Assembly (NCBI GenBank): GCA_020833025.1
Contig: JAJHRB010000017.1
Span: 1-25,837, forward strand
DNA from: Thermoproteaceae archaeon
GTDB taxonomy: Archaea; Thermoproteota; Thermoprotei; Thermoproteales; Thermoproteaceae
Length of the DNA: 25,837 nt
Direction of reading: 5' to 3'
Part shown: piece after piece, positions 25,689 through 25,837 of the stretch
How the letters are laid out: the number at the start of each line of letters is the position of its first letter
Position numbering within the stretch: position 1 is the stretch's first letter
Program-made: the position numbers and the translations under genes
Notes under the pieces: generated by a model
What the model saw: only the letters and a program-made list of their open reading frames with translations
The model's database searches: none
What the model was told of the DNA's origin: nothing

Positions 25689-25837
25689 TGGAGACCGTGA
25701 GGGAGCGCATAATAAGGGCGCTGCTAGAAAGCCCCAGGCCTCTGACGGCGCGCCAGCTCGGCGCACTTGCCGGCGCAGAGCTCACGCCAAGTGAGGTGTA
25801 CGGCGAGCTCGAGCACGTGAGGAGAACTCTCAAGAGA
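25688..25837 (+). CDS. 5' part of a predicted HTH transcriptional regulator (COG3357-like; runs off the window edge)
   Basis: Not in the ORF track. ATG25688 reads METVRERIIRALLESPRPLTARQLGALAGAELTPSEVYGELEHVRRTLKR, a winged-HTH pattern. TAATG overlap with the upstream gene. Confidence 0.6.
   Translation, partial: METVRERIIRALLESPRPLTARQLGALAGAELTPSEVYGELEHVRRTLKR

Noticed and set aside
1-25837. CRISPR arrays, IS elements, inteins, defence systems
   Set aside because: No regularly spaced repeats, no transposase/integrase motifs, and RFC, PpsA and Tes have uninterrupted lengths.

Overview
A 25.8-kb GC-rich block of core archaeal chromosome, most consistent with Thermoproteaceae (Thermoproteus/Pyrobaculum-like). 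Support: a doubly intron-interrupted tRNA, an extended eL13, and TATA boxes about 20-30 nt before many start codons, implying leaderless mRNAs. There is no mobile element, CRISPR array or intein. Genes recognised: partial METTL5-like methylase, tRNA-Gly(TCC), tetraether synthase (Tes), a trans-sulfuration PLP enzyme, a TrkA-like protein, MscS, PEP synthase, glycogen synthase plus an NDP-sugar nucleotidyltransferase, two SPOUT-like and one Trm11-like methyltransferase, secY, uL15, IDH, a DRG-like TGS protein, RFC small subunit, TFB, eL13, a COG1709-like regulator, a coiled-coil/DUF373 pair, Hsp20 and several hypotheticals. Most interesting unexplained items: (1) a miniaturised nicotinate-phosphoribosyltransferase-like protein that appears to lack its catalytic core; (2) an unannotated 40-aa ORF with its own TATA box; (3) an eL13 carrying an eL15-like C-terminal segment; (4) a DRG-like GTPase with broken G3/G4 motifs; (5) candidate structured ncRNAs at 4864-4912 (K-turn) and 25080-25284. 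All family calls come from motif recognition by eye; no database search or folding program was run.
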